A stretch of 64,000 nucleotides of DNA from Elusimicrobiota bacterium. Its GTDB lineage: Bacteria; Elusimicrobiota; Elusimicrobia; UBA1565. Below are positions 30,101-42,100 of this stretch, one piece after another. The first letter of the stretch is position 1. The number at the start of each line of letters is the position of its first letter. The translations under genes were made by a program, and so were the position numbers. The stretch is taken from the NCBI GenBank assembly GCA_016196755.1, contig JACPXC010000005.1, positions 37,516-101,515 on the forward strand, given 5' to 3'. The notes beneath the pieces were generated by a model. It was not told where the DNA came from and did no database searches. It was given only the letters and a program-made list of their open reading frames with translations.

Positions 30101-33100
30101 TGGCCGCGGGGGCCAACAGCACGATGACCGCGGCCTCCGGGGTGAGCGTGAGCCAGAAGCTGACCATGGCCACGGCAAGCCGTTTCTATGTGGCCGGGAA
30201 CCTGAGCCTGGGCGGCGCGGCGGTCCTGACCCACCTGCCCAACCAGGCGGCGCTGACCTCCGCCGTGGACCTCCGAGTGACCGGGAACCTCTCCATCCCC
30301 GTGGGCGCGCAGGTCCTGGCCGACGGCATCGGCTTTCAGGGCGGCACGGGCAACGCCACCGGCAAGGGGCCGGGCGGCGGCGTCGGCAGCGGCGGGGCGG
30401 CCGGCGCGGGCGGCGCCGGCTACGGCGGGGCGGGCGGCAGCGGCTCGGCCGCCGCCGCGGGGCCGGCCAACGGCAACCTGGTCAACCCCGTCAACCTGGG
30501 CTCGGGGGGCGGCTCGGGCAACGGCGCCGCCGGCGGCGCGGGCGGCGGCCTGGTCATCCTCGACGTCTCGGGCGATTTGACCATCGACGGCACGATCAGC
30601 GCCAACGGCGCCACCGCCGGCGCCGGGACGGGCGGCGGCGGCGGCGCGGGCGGCGCGGTGAACCTCGCGGCAGGGCGGGTGCTCGGCGGCGGCGCCATCC
30701 AAGTCAACGGCGGCTCGGGCGGCACGGCCGGCGCCGCGGGCGGCGGCGGCGGCGGCGGACGCGTGGCGATAGGCGCGTCTTCCCGCAACGATTTCAGCGG
30801 CCTGATAAACTACGCCCCGGGCACGGCCGGCGGGGGGAGCGCCAACAACGGCGTCGAGGGCACCGTGGCCTCCCGCCTCACGCTGGCCGACTACGACGTC
30901 GTGGGCCAGGCCCCCAACTCTTTTGCCGCGGGCGGGGACCTCGACCCGGTCGACCCCCCGGCCTACGGCCTCTATCGCTTCAAGCTCAGCATCACCTCGG
31001 CGCCCGTGACCATATCCCGGGCCACGTTCACGCTGACCGGGGTCTCCAGCCTGACCGCGTCGAACTTCTTGGGCGCCTTCCTGGTCTCGGACACCAACGG
31101 CAACGGTACGCTGGAAGGCGCCGAGACGCACAAGCTCGGCGGCGCGGGGAGCGTCAGCATCACGGGCGACTCCGGCACGATCGTCTTCGGCACCCCCTTC
31201 GACGTCGCCGCCACGACCAACGTCATCCTGGCCGTCAACCTGGACGGGATGATCCACGGCTCGGCGTTGACCGTCAGCCTCTCGAGCGCCGACCTCAAGG
31301 GCAACCTCCAGGGGACGGCGCGGATCGGCCAGCGCTTCGGCTCGGCCACCCCGGCGGCGCACTCCTACGACGACTCCCAGGGGCCGGCCGCCGTCACGAA
31401 CCTCTCGGCCCTGGGCTTGGCGGCCGGCGGGGCCATCGAGCTCAGCTGGACCATGCCGGGCGACAACGGCACGCGCGGCCGGCTGGAGAACGGCCGCTAC
31501 TACATCCAGCACACCACGCAGGTCGTCGACGCCCAGAGCCCGGTGTTTTGGTCGACTGCGGCCGCCCAGGTTCTCATCTCGACGACCGGCGTCCCGGCCG
31601 GGGCGCTGCAGCGCTACACGGTGACGAACCTAATCGGCCCGAACCGGACCCACTATTTCCGCATCTGGACGGTGGACGCGAAGCCGAACGCCGCACCGCT
31701 CTCGAGCGGCGCCACCGCGGCCACCCTGGCCCTGCCGTCGACCCCCACGGGCCTGGCCGTGACGGCGGTCGGCTCCTTCGACGTCTCCACGAGCTGGAAC
31801 GCGCTTCCCGAGGCCTCGAGCTTCACCGTGCGCTACTCGACCGACGTGAATCTCGTCGACGCGGTCCAGAGCTCGGCCTCCACGATCGGTTCCCTCAACG
31901 TCGGAAGCCTGCAGTTCGACGCCACGTACTACTTCCAGGTCCGGGCCCATAACCCGGCCGGCGTCAGCGGGTTCTCCTCCTCGGTCTCCACCAAGACCCT
32001 GCACGTGCCGCTGCCGATCGCGGGCATCCCGCCGTTCGCCGCCGTCGACGTCTCGAGCCTTGCCGTTTCCTACGCCTCCGGACCCACGGTGGGCGGCTTC
32101 ATCGCCTCGGGGACGAGCTACTACATCCAGCTGGCCAGCGTGCCGGCCTTCGGCTCTATCCTGGCCTCCTCGGCCACGTTCAACCTTTCGGCCCTCTTCA
32201 ACGGCCTGAGCGCCAACACGACCTATTATCTGCGAGGCACGGCGTTCCTCAACTCGATAAGCACCTGGAGCCCCTCCTACCAGACCCTGGGCACGACGGT
32301 CACCGCCGCGGAGGTGCCGGGGGCGGGGGGGCTCTCCAACGCGGGATCGAGCTCGATGACGGCGACGTGGGGCGCCGCCGGGAACCCGGCCGGCACCCAG
32401 TTCAGGGTCGAGTACTCGACGAGGGCCGACTTCGCGCCGCTTTGGGCGGGCGCGCCGGCCGTGACCACCTCCACGACCAGGGAACTGGCGGGCCTGAGCG
32501 GGAACCAGGCCTTCCTCGTCCGCGTCTACGCCGTCAACCACCAGGGCCGGGCGTCGCCGCCGGCCTCGCTGGGCACCCTGAGCACCCTGGTGCAGGTCCC
32601 GGGCGTCCCAACCGGGCCTTACGACGTCTATCCGGGAAGCGTCACCTTGCGCTGGGACGCCGGGACCAACGCGGCCTACACCGAGTACCGCATAGAGCGC
32701 GGCCAGGACCCGACGTTCGTCTCCAATGAGGAGGACACCAACTGGGGAGTCTTCCAGGGCTCCTACTCTTTCTCTGGGCTCCTCAGGGATACGACCTACT
32801 ACTTCCGCGTGAAGGCCCGGGACCTGGCCCTGGCGGAGACCCCCTTCACCGTCCTGCCGGCCACGCGCACGATCGTCGACACGCCGACCCCGCGTCCTTC
32901 GTTCACCTTCATCTCGAGCCTCACCGCGCGCTGGGACAAGGGCCTCAACCCCAACTCCGCCCAGTACCTGGCCGAGCTGGCCCGCGACTCGGGCTACACC
33001 CTGGGCTACGCGTCCTCGAACTGGGTGGCCAACATCGTCGACTACGCCTTCGCGGGCCTGACTCCCAACCAGGCGTACTTCATGCGGGTGCGCGCCCGCA

Positions 33101-36100
33101 ACGGCGCGCACATAGAGACCTCGACGGTAACCTTGGCGAGCGCCCTCAACACCCTGTCGGCCCCTCCCGGCCAGCCGGCCTCGGCGTACTCGATCGGCGG
33201 CAACAACATCGTGGTCAACTGGGCCTCGGGCGGCAACGCCGCGGGGACCAAATACTCGGCGATGCGCTCTTCGACTTCGGACTTCAGCGTCGACACGGCC
33301 TCCTCGGCCTACAACGACGTGCTCTCCTTCAACTTCACCGGACTCCAGAGCGACTCGACCTATTACTTCCGGGTGCGGTCCCGCAACGAGGCCCTTATCG
33401 AGAGCGACTGGACGGTGCTGCCCTCCTCGGCCACGCGGGCGGGGCCGGCCCCGGCCACCGACCTGACGCTCTCTTTTGCCGACGGGACCTCCACCGACAG
33501 CCTGCAGGCGCAGTGGCAGGATAACGCCACCGACGAGACCTCGTTCCAGCTCGAGCGCAGCACCGACGGCGTCTCCTGGGTCTTCTCGAAGAGCCTGCCC
33601 GACCAGGTCGGCAGCAGCCCCTATATCTACGTGAACGGCCCGCTCAACGCCGACCCGGCGCTCTTGGCCAACGTCAGGTACTTCTACCGCGTGAAGGCCG
33701 TCAACGCGGTGGCCTCCTCGGCCTATAGCAACGTCGCCTCGACTTTCACGCGCGCAGCCGTCCCGACGGCGGACGTGCCGGCGCTCTCGTCGGTCTTCGC
33801 GGCCTCGGTCACGGCCTCCTACGCCGCCAACGGCAACTCGGCGGGCACCCAGTTCGTCACAGTGGCGTCGACCGGGACGCTGCCCAACTCGTTCTCGGGC
33901 AATCTGAGCTCGCGGACGGCGTCGCCAAGCGCCGTGGTGTCCGCCTTGGCCGCCAACACCACCTATTTCCTCGCCGTGAAGGCGGTCAACGGGTTCGAGG
34001 TCGAGTCGGCCTTCGTCTCGCTGGGCGCCACGGCCACCTTGGCCCAGGTCCCGTCCGCCGCGTCTCCGGCCTTCCCGGCCGTCAATCTGACCTCTATGAG
34101 CGTGGCTTGGTCCCCCAACGCGAACCCGCTCAGCGTGACGACCTACACGGTGGCGCTGACCACCGGCTCGAGCTATCCCAACTCTTTCTCAGGGAACGTC
34201 GTCCTGGCCGCCACGGCCCCGGCGGGCGCCCCGCCGACGGTCGAGCTGACCGGGCTGGGCGAGGCCAACACCACCTATTACCTGTTCGTGCGCGCCGTCA
34301 ACCACGGCGGCTCGCCGACGCCCTACGCCGCCCTCGGCTCCACGGCGACCCTCGCCATGCCTCCGGCGGCCGCCGGCACGACGTTCGCGGCCGTCTCGCA
34401 GGACTCCATGACGGTGTCCTGGGCCCACAACGGCAATCCGGCCGGCGTCACGCGCTACAACGTGGTCCTGAGCACGGGCTCGTCCTACCCCAATCAGTTC
34501 TCGGGCAACGCCGTGGTCGCCGGCACCGTCCCCGCCGGGGCCGCGCCTACGTCCACTCTCCAGGGCCTCGGCGAGCTGGACACCACCTATTACCTCTTCG
34601 TGCAGGCGGTCAACCATAACCAGGTGCCCGGCGAGTTCACGGCGCTCGGCTCGACGGCCACCCGGGCCAAGGGGCCGGGCGCGCCGACGACCTCGGCCGC
34701 GGGCGCCAACGCGCTGAGCGTGAGCTGGACCGCGGCGGGCAACCCGTCCTCGACGCTCTACGTGGCCGAGGCCTCGACCTCCGCGTTCCCGAACGCCGAC
34801 GCCGGCAACCTCAGCACCAGCGTGACGGCCCTATCCGGCCGGATCGTCGGCTTGGCCCCCGACACGGTCTATAAGGTCCGTGTCCGGGCGGTCAACAAGA
34901 ACGGGGTCCCCAGCGAGTCCGCGGCGGCGGCCGACGCGCGCACCTCGGTCCTCGGCCTCTCGACCCCGACCGTCCCCGCCCACGGCGCCTACACGCGCCT
35001 CGACAAGCCGCTCTTCCAATGGAACGGGCCGAGCACGACCACCGTGGCCGAGGCGGGTCCCGGGGCGCTGTACATCCTCGAAGCCGCCGACGACCCGGCC
35101 TTCGCCGCGCTGTCGGTCAGCGTCGCCACGCCGGCGGCTTCCGTCGCGGGCGCCTATCTCTCGACGACGACCCTGGCCGAGGGGACCACCTATCATTGGC
35201 GGGTGCGTCTGCGCGACTTCGGCGGCAGCCAGAGCGCCTGGTCCTCGACCTTCGCCTTCGTCACCGACTTCACCTCGCCGACCCTGGCCTCCTTCGGGCA
35301 TTTCAACTCCTCGGGGGCTCTGCTCGGCGAGGCGGCGGCCGGCGACCTGCTCGCCGGCGTGACGGCCCAGATGGCCGCCCAGGACCTGCTGAGCGGACTC
35401 CGCCACGCCACCGGGACCTTCAGCGCCCAGCTCAGCACGGACGCCGGCGCCGGCTGGCGGACGATAACCGCCACGGCTCCCGGCGCGGGCCCTTTCGTCG
35501 CCGTCGGCGGGTCCGAGGGCAGCCTGTCCGCGCAGACGCTGACGGTCAAGGACCTGGTCCTCGCCAACTCCACCAACGCCGCGGTCTGCGGAGGCGCCGG
35601 GGCCTGCGGCGCGACCAACCAGCTGGTGTTCCTCATCTCGGACCGGGCCGGCAACAGCGTCTCGGCGGGCCCGTTCGCCGTCGTCGTCGACACGCGCGTG
35701 GGGACGCCCGCCGCCGCAGCATTGACCGCCGACACCAGCACCCAGCTGACCCTGCAGTGGACCGACCTGTCGATCCAGGAGGACGACTTCCACATCGCCC
35801 TGGAGACCGCCGAGAACCCGACCGCGGAGTTCGCCGTCTCGGCGACGACCGACAAGCCGGGCACCGGCTCCTCGATGTCGAAGGCGTTGGCAGGGCTCTC
35901 CCCCAACACCACTTACTACGCGCGCGTCCGCTCGCACCGTCACGACCTAGACGGCTACTCCGGCTACTCCGCCCAGCTGGCCCGTCTGACCCGGGCCGCC
36001 CCGCCGACGGCGGGCGCCTTGAGCGCCGCCACGACGACCACGCTGCGCGCGAACTGGGGCGCCAACGGCAATCCGGCCGGGACGGAGTTCGTCCTGGAGT

Positions 36101-39100
36101 TCTCCAGCGCGCCGGGCTTCGCGCCGGTCTGGATAGGGTCTCCGCTTGTCACCACCGAGACGGTCAAGACCATCACGGGCTTGAGCGGCAACACCCTCTA
36201 CTACGTACGCGTCTCGGCGCGCAACTTCGAGGGCGTGGCCGCGTCGACGGTGTCCTTGGGCTCTCTCCAGACTGCCCTCGACGCGCCTACCCTGGCGGAC
36301 GTCCCCTACGACGTCTTCTCGACTAGCGTCACGGTGCGCTGGAGCACGGGGACCAACGCCGCGCACACGCAGTACCGCTCACAGCGCTCCTCGTTCGCGG
36401 ACTTCAGCCTGGTCGACGAGGACACCAACTGGGCTGCCCTTGACGGGGCCGCGACCTTCTCGGACTCGATCGCGCGCAACGCCACCTACTACTTCCGGGT
36501 GAAGGCGCGGGACCTCTCGCTGGCCGAGCTCCCGGCGGGCGCGGCGTGGCTCAACCTGGCCTCCACCCAGACCCTCGTCGACATGCCGGGTCCGGTGTCC
36601 CCGGAGATCTTCGTCTCGAGCATCGTCGCGCGCTGGTCTAAGGGCTTCAACCCGGCCGGGGCCCAGTACTTGGCCGAGTTGGCCCGCAATGACGCGTTCA
36701 GCGTCCAGTACGCCTCTTCGGATTGGCAGACCAACATCAACCAGTCCGTCTTCTCCGGCTTGGGGACCAACAGCGTCTATCACGTGCGCGTGCGGGCCAG
36801 GAACTCCATGGGCCGCGAAACCCCCGTCCTCAGCCTGGCCGCCCCGTCCTACACCCGCGCGGAGCAGCCGGGGACCCCCAGCCAATCCTACCTGCGCGGC
36901 GGCAACAACATCGTGGTGAACTGGGACGTGCTGAGCAATCCGCTCAACACCCAGTTCTTCGCCGTGCGTTCCTCGAGCGCGGACTTCAGCGTCGACACCG
37001 CCTCCTCGGGCTGGACGACCGCGGCGTCCTTTAATTTCAGCGGGCTCGCCATCCGTACGACCTACTTCTTCCGGGTCAAGGCGCGCAACGAGGACCTGCT
37101 CGAGACCCCGTGGACCGTCCTGCCCTCGACCGACACGCTGGCCGGGCCGGTCTCCCCCAGCGCGCTGACGGCGTCGTTTGCCGACGGGTCCTCCACGGAC
37201 CGCTTGAGCCTTTCCTGGCAGGACAACTCGCTCGACGAGAACGCCTTCATCCTCGAGCGCGGCACTGACGGCGTCACCTGGAGCTTCGTCAAGAGCCTGC
37301 CGGACCAGGTCTCTCCGGGGACCGGCACCTACACCTACGTCAACGGTCCGTCCAACGGCGACGCCGCCTTGAGCCCCAACGCGCGCTACTACTACCGGGT
37401 CAAGGCCATCAACGGGATCGGGGATTCGTCCTACACCAACACCGTGGTCGTCTTCACGAGGGCGGAGCCGCCGGCGGCCGCCGCCCCGGTGTTCACCCAG
37501 GTCGACGCGGCCTCGATGACGGCGGCGTTCACGGCCAACGGGAACCCGGCGCAGACATCGTACCTCCTGATCCTCTCCACCGGTCCCCAGCCCAACTCCT
37601 TCGCCGGCAACCTGAGCTCCCAGACGCTGTCGTTCTCGGCGCTCTTCACCGGCTTGGACCCCAACACGACGTATTACGCCGGGGCCCAGGCCCTCAACGG
37701 CGACGGCGTCGCCTCGGGCCTGTCCGCGCTCGCCTCGACGGCGACCTTGGCGCTGCCGGCCGTCAATCCGGCGGTCACCGAGCTCGGCGCGAACGCGCTC
37801 AGCGTGGTCTGGGGGGGAGGCGGGAACCCCGACGGCACGGTCTACGTTCTGGAGGCCTCGACCGACTCCTTCCCCAACGCTTACTCGGGCAACGTGTCGG
37901 CGACGGCCGCGGCCACCGGGGCGCGCTTGTCCGGGGTCTCCCCGGACACGCTCTATATGCTCCAGGTCCGCGCCCGCAATCACAACGGCCTGCTCACCAC
38001 CGCCGTCGCGGCGCCCGACGCGCGGACCTTGGCCATCCCGGTCTCCACGCCCAGCGCGCCGGCCGACGGCTCCTTCGTGAGCGTCAGGAAACCCGGCTTC
38101 GCCTGGACCGGGCCGAGCACGCGGACGGTCGCCGAGGCCGGACCGGGGGCGGAGTACCTGTTCCAGCTGGCCGACAACGCCGCGTTCTCGCCGATCGACA
38201 TCGATGTCTCTACCCCGGCCGTCGTGCTCGATGCCGAGGCGGCCGCCCACATCGGGCGCTACAACTCGGCCTTGACGCTGAGCGGCGACACGACCTATTA
38301 CTGGCGCGTGCGCCTGCGCGACTTCACGGGGGCGCTGAGCGCCTGGTCGCAGACGGCGGCGTTCATGACCGACTTCACGACGCCGACCTTGACCGGGTTC
38401 GTGAGCTTCGACTCGACAGGAGGGGCCATGGCCCAGACCCAGTTCAACGACCTGGCCTCGGGCGTGACCGTCCAGATGACGGCGCTCGACGCCGGCGCCG
38501 CGGGACTGGCGGCCTCCTCGGCGAGCTTCACGGTGAGCTATTCGACGACGGCGGGCGCGACCTGGGTGGTCGTCAGCGCGACCCAGCCGGGCTCCGGGCC
38601 CTACCGGACGCTGTCGGGAGCCGCGGGGTCTGCGGCCTCGGAGACTCTGCTCGTGCGCGGCCTCAACCTGCGCCAGTCGACCAGCGCCTTGACCGGTTCC
38701 GGCGGGACGAACCTGTTCATGTTCACGGCCGCCGACCGGGCCGGGAACACGGCGTCGGCCGGGCCGTTCGCCGTGCTCATCGAGACCGCGCCGGCCGCCG
38801 CGGCCATGACCTCGCTGAGCGCGCTTTCAAGCGGCTCGGTCCGGGCCGTGGCCGGGGCGGCTCCGGCATTCCTGTTCCCGGTCCAAGATTATCGGCTGGA
38901 GCTCTCGACGGACCCGGCTTTCGCGACCTTGGCCGCCCTCTCGCCCTTCCAGGCGTCGGCCGATCACTCCTTCTCCGGGCTCGATGAAGGCAAGTTCTAT
39001 TACGGGCGGGTTCGGACGAGGAATTCGCGCCAGCAGCTCTCCTCGCCTTCCGCGGCCCTCTCCACCCAGACCTACGCTAGGGTCTTTATCTCCTCGGAGC

Positions 39101-42100
39101 CGGTCTCCTTCAGCGCCCAGCAGGCGGTGGCTTCGGTGGTGCTCAAAATCGGGGCGCTGACCTTGAGCCCCGACAGCGCCTCGTTCTCGACCCTGCGGGT
39201 CCGGCAGACCGGGACGGCCGCGGACTCTGACTTTCAGGCCGCCAAGCTCTACGCAGACACCGACGCGAACGGCCTCTTCAACCCGTCGGCCGACGTCGAA
39301 TTGGCGGCCGCGGCGGTCTCCGGCGGGTTCGCCGACCTGCAGTTCGCCGGCAACGCCCAGTTCATAGGCAACGCCCAGCGTTCCTTCTTCGTCGTCTTCG
39401 TCATGCACGCGGACGCCGTGGTCGGCAACACCGTGGCGGCCGAGATCGAGGGTCCGGGCAGCTTCAGCTTCACGTCGCCGTTTTCCGCCGTGGGTCCGTT
39501 CCCGATCGTCAGCGCCTCTACCGTCACCGCCGACGGGCCCAACGCCCTGCTCATCGAGCCGAGCGACCTGTCGCCGGCGTTCGTCGAGCCGGGTTCTTCG
39601 AACGTCCCGCTCCTGCGGCTGCGCGGAATCACCGACACGGGCGGCAGCGTCCTCTCGAGCCTGGCCCTGCGCCTGAGCGGCTCGGCGCCGTCGACGGCGC
39701 TGTCTTCGCTGCGCCTCTACCGCGACGCCAACAGCAACGGCACTTTCGAGCTGGCCGGCGACACGCTGCTCACGAGCGGGGGGGACGCGTTCCTCAACGG
39801 CTCGTCCACGATCCCCTTGACCGCCTCCCAGGAGCTCCGGACCGTGCGCAGCCACGCCCCGGAGTTCATATTCTTGACCGCGAACGTCTCGGCCAGCGCC
39901 CCGGCCGGGGAGCGTTTCTCGGTGCAGGTCTTGAGCACCGCGTCGCTGGCCCTGTCGACATTGCTCGACACGGTGTCGTTCTCCTCCGTCCCCTTCACGA
40001 CCCGCGAGATCGAGATCCAGACCCAGAACGTGGTCACGGTGCTGACCGCGTCGCAGATCCCGTCCGACGTGACCCAAGGAGAGCGCTATTCGGTACTCAA
40101 AGCCACGCTGACCGTCGATAAGGGTTTGGCGCAGATAAACCGCATCCAGCTCAACCGCACGGGCTCGGCCGTCGACGCGGACATCGCCGCCGTAAGCATA
40201 TGGCAGGACCCCAATCCTTCGGTCACCGGCGGGGTCTTCAACCCCGGGACCAACGTCCTCAAGGGCTCCTCTACTTTCGTCTCGGGCTCGGCGACGATAA
40301 ACATCTCCACGGTCAGCTTGACGCCGACGACGACCGCCGTCATTTTTCTCGTTTATGAGCTCGCCCAGGCGGCCAACGCCGGCAACACGGTAGGCGCCAG
40401 TCTCTCCAACTCCTCATACTTCCGCGTCGCCAGTCCGCTGACCACGGTCTCGGGGGCCTTCCCGCTGGCCACCTCGACGGCCACGATCCGTGCCACGGTG
40501 AACACCCTGCTGGCCACGCCGTCAAACGTCGCGCCCGGAGCCCTGACGCAGGGCCAGACCGACATCCCCTTCCTCAAGCTCCAGGTACGGACCGACCGCA
40601 ACACGATCGCCTGGTCGGGGCTCACCGTCACTCGTCTCGGGACGGGAGCCGATGCTGACGTCAGCCGCCTAAACATGTACAGGGACGTCAACGGCGACGG
40701 CCTGCTGCAGCCGGCCACCGACCAGCGGGTCAGCTCGGGGCTCGACTCGTTCGGCGGCGGTACCGCCATTCTCGCGTTCAACACCGTGCAGAGCATCGGG
40801 ACCGCGGAGGCGGTTTACTTCCTGACCGCGGACGTCAGCCAGTCCGCGGGCGTCGGCAACACCCTCGGGGTGCGCATCTCGACGACGGCGAATTTCAACG
40901 TCACGGCGCCGAACCTCATCTCGACCTCCGCGGCGTCCTTCCCGATCGACGCCGGACCGGTGGCGGTCAACCACTACCCGAACACGGTGTATATCACGAC
41001 GGCGAGCATCGTGCCCGCGCAGGGAGCGGAGTCGGGCCTCAGCGACGTCGGGATGGTCCGCCTGAGCATGCGGACCGACGTTTCGGACACGAGCTGGAGC
41101 AAGCTGCGCGTCGACCGCTCGGGCTCGGTCAGCGACGCGGGGATCGCCAACGTCAAGGTCTATTTCGACCAGAACGCCCTGGGCGTCTTCGACCGCTCGG
41201 CGCTCGGTCAATACGTGCTGGTCTCCTCGGGGACCGCCGTGTTCGGATCGGTCTCGCCCGGGGTGACCGAGGTCAGCCTGAGCCCGGTCGTCGAGCTCGG
41301 TCCGACGCCTAAGTCGTACTTCGTGGTCGTCGACCTCTCCACGTCGGCGGTGCCCGGGACCACCCTCATCGTCCGCTCGGTGAACTTCACCTATTGGACG
41401 GTCGACGCTCCAAACACGGTCTCGAGCACCGCGGCCTTCGAGTCGGCGCCGCTGAGCATCACCGAGCCGGCGAGCACCATGTTCATCCAGACGGCGAGCT
41501 CGGCGCCGGCCACGGTCACCCAGGGCGACGCCAACGTGCCGTTCTTGAGGCTCTCGGTCTGGAGCGACCGCTTCTCCGCCGTCTGGTCGCGCCTGACGGT
41601 CAGCCGGACCGGGACGTCCTCCGACGCAGACGTGACTCGCGTGCGGCTCTACGCAGACACCAACGCCAACGGCGTCCTGGACCTCTTGGGCGACGCTCAA
41701 CTCTCCACGGGCGCTTTCTCCGGAGGGAACGCCGCCCTGAGCTTCGCGGCCCGGACCGTGACGAGCTCGACCCAGACCCTGTTCCTGGCCTACGACCTGG
41801 CCGCCACGGCCTCCGCCGATGCCACGCTCGGGGCCCGGCTGGCGGTCCCGTCGGTCTTCGACGTGGCCTCGCCCGACAGCGTCTCGCCGTCGGGCTTCCC
41901 GTTCGATTCCGCGGCCAGCCAGATCCGGGCCACCCGCGCCAACATCCTGGTCACGGCCCAGGATCGCGCCCCGGTGACGGTCCTCCAAGGCACGACGGGG
42001 CAGATCCTGCTCTCCTTGACCCTGCGCACCACAGAGTACACGGTGGTGTGGAGCGCCCTGTCGTTGAGCAAGCTCGGGACCCTCGCCGACAACCTCATCA

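Noticed and set aside
24600-31000. Short-period nucleotide repeats (GGC/GGG-rich) checked as a possible CRISPR or tandem-repeat array
   Set aside because: Repeats are imperfect and in-frame, encoding Gly-rich protein modules. There is no repeat-spacer periodicity and no cas genes.
26278-31512. 1,744-aa ORF on the minus strand (also 36379-38250, 40669-43824 and 31630-33111 minus)
   Set aside because: These are antisense to the giant plus-strand gene. The products are Arg/Gly/Asp/Ala low-complexity typical of out-of-frame high-GC translation, while the plus frame carries coherent FN3 and CTD domains. GC bias removes stop codons in antisense frames.
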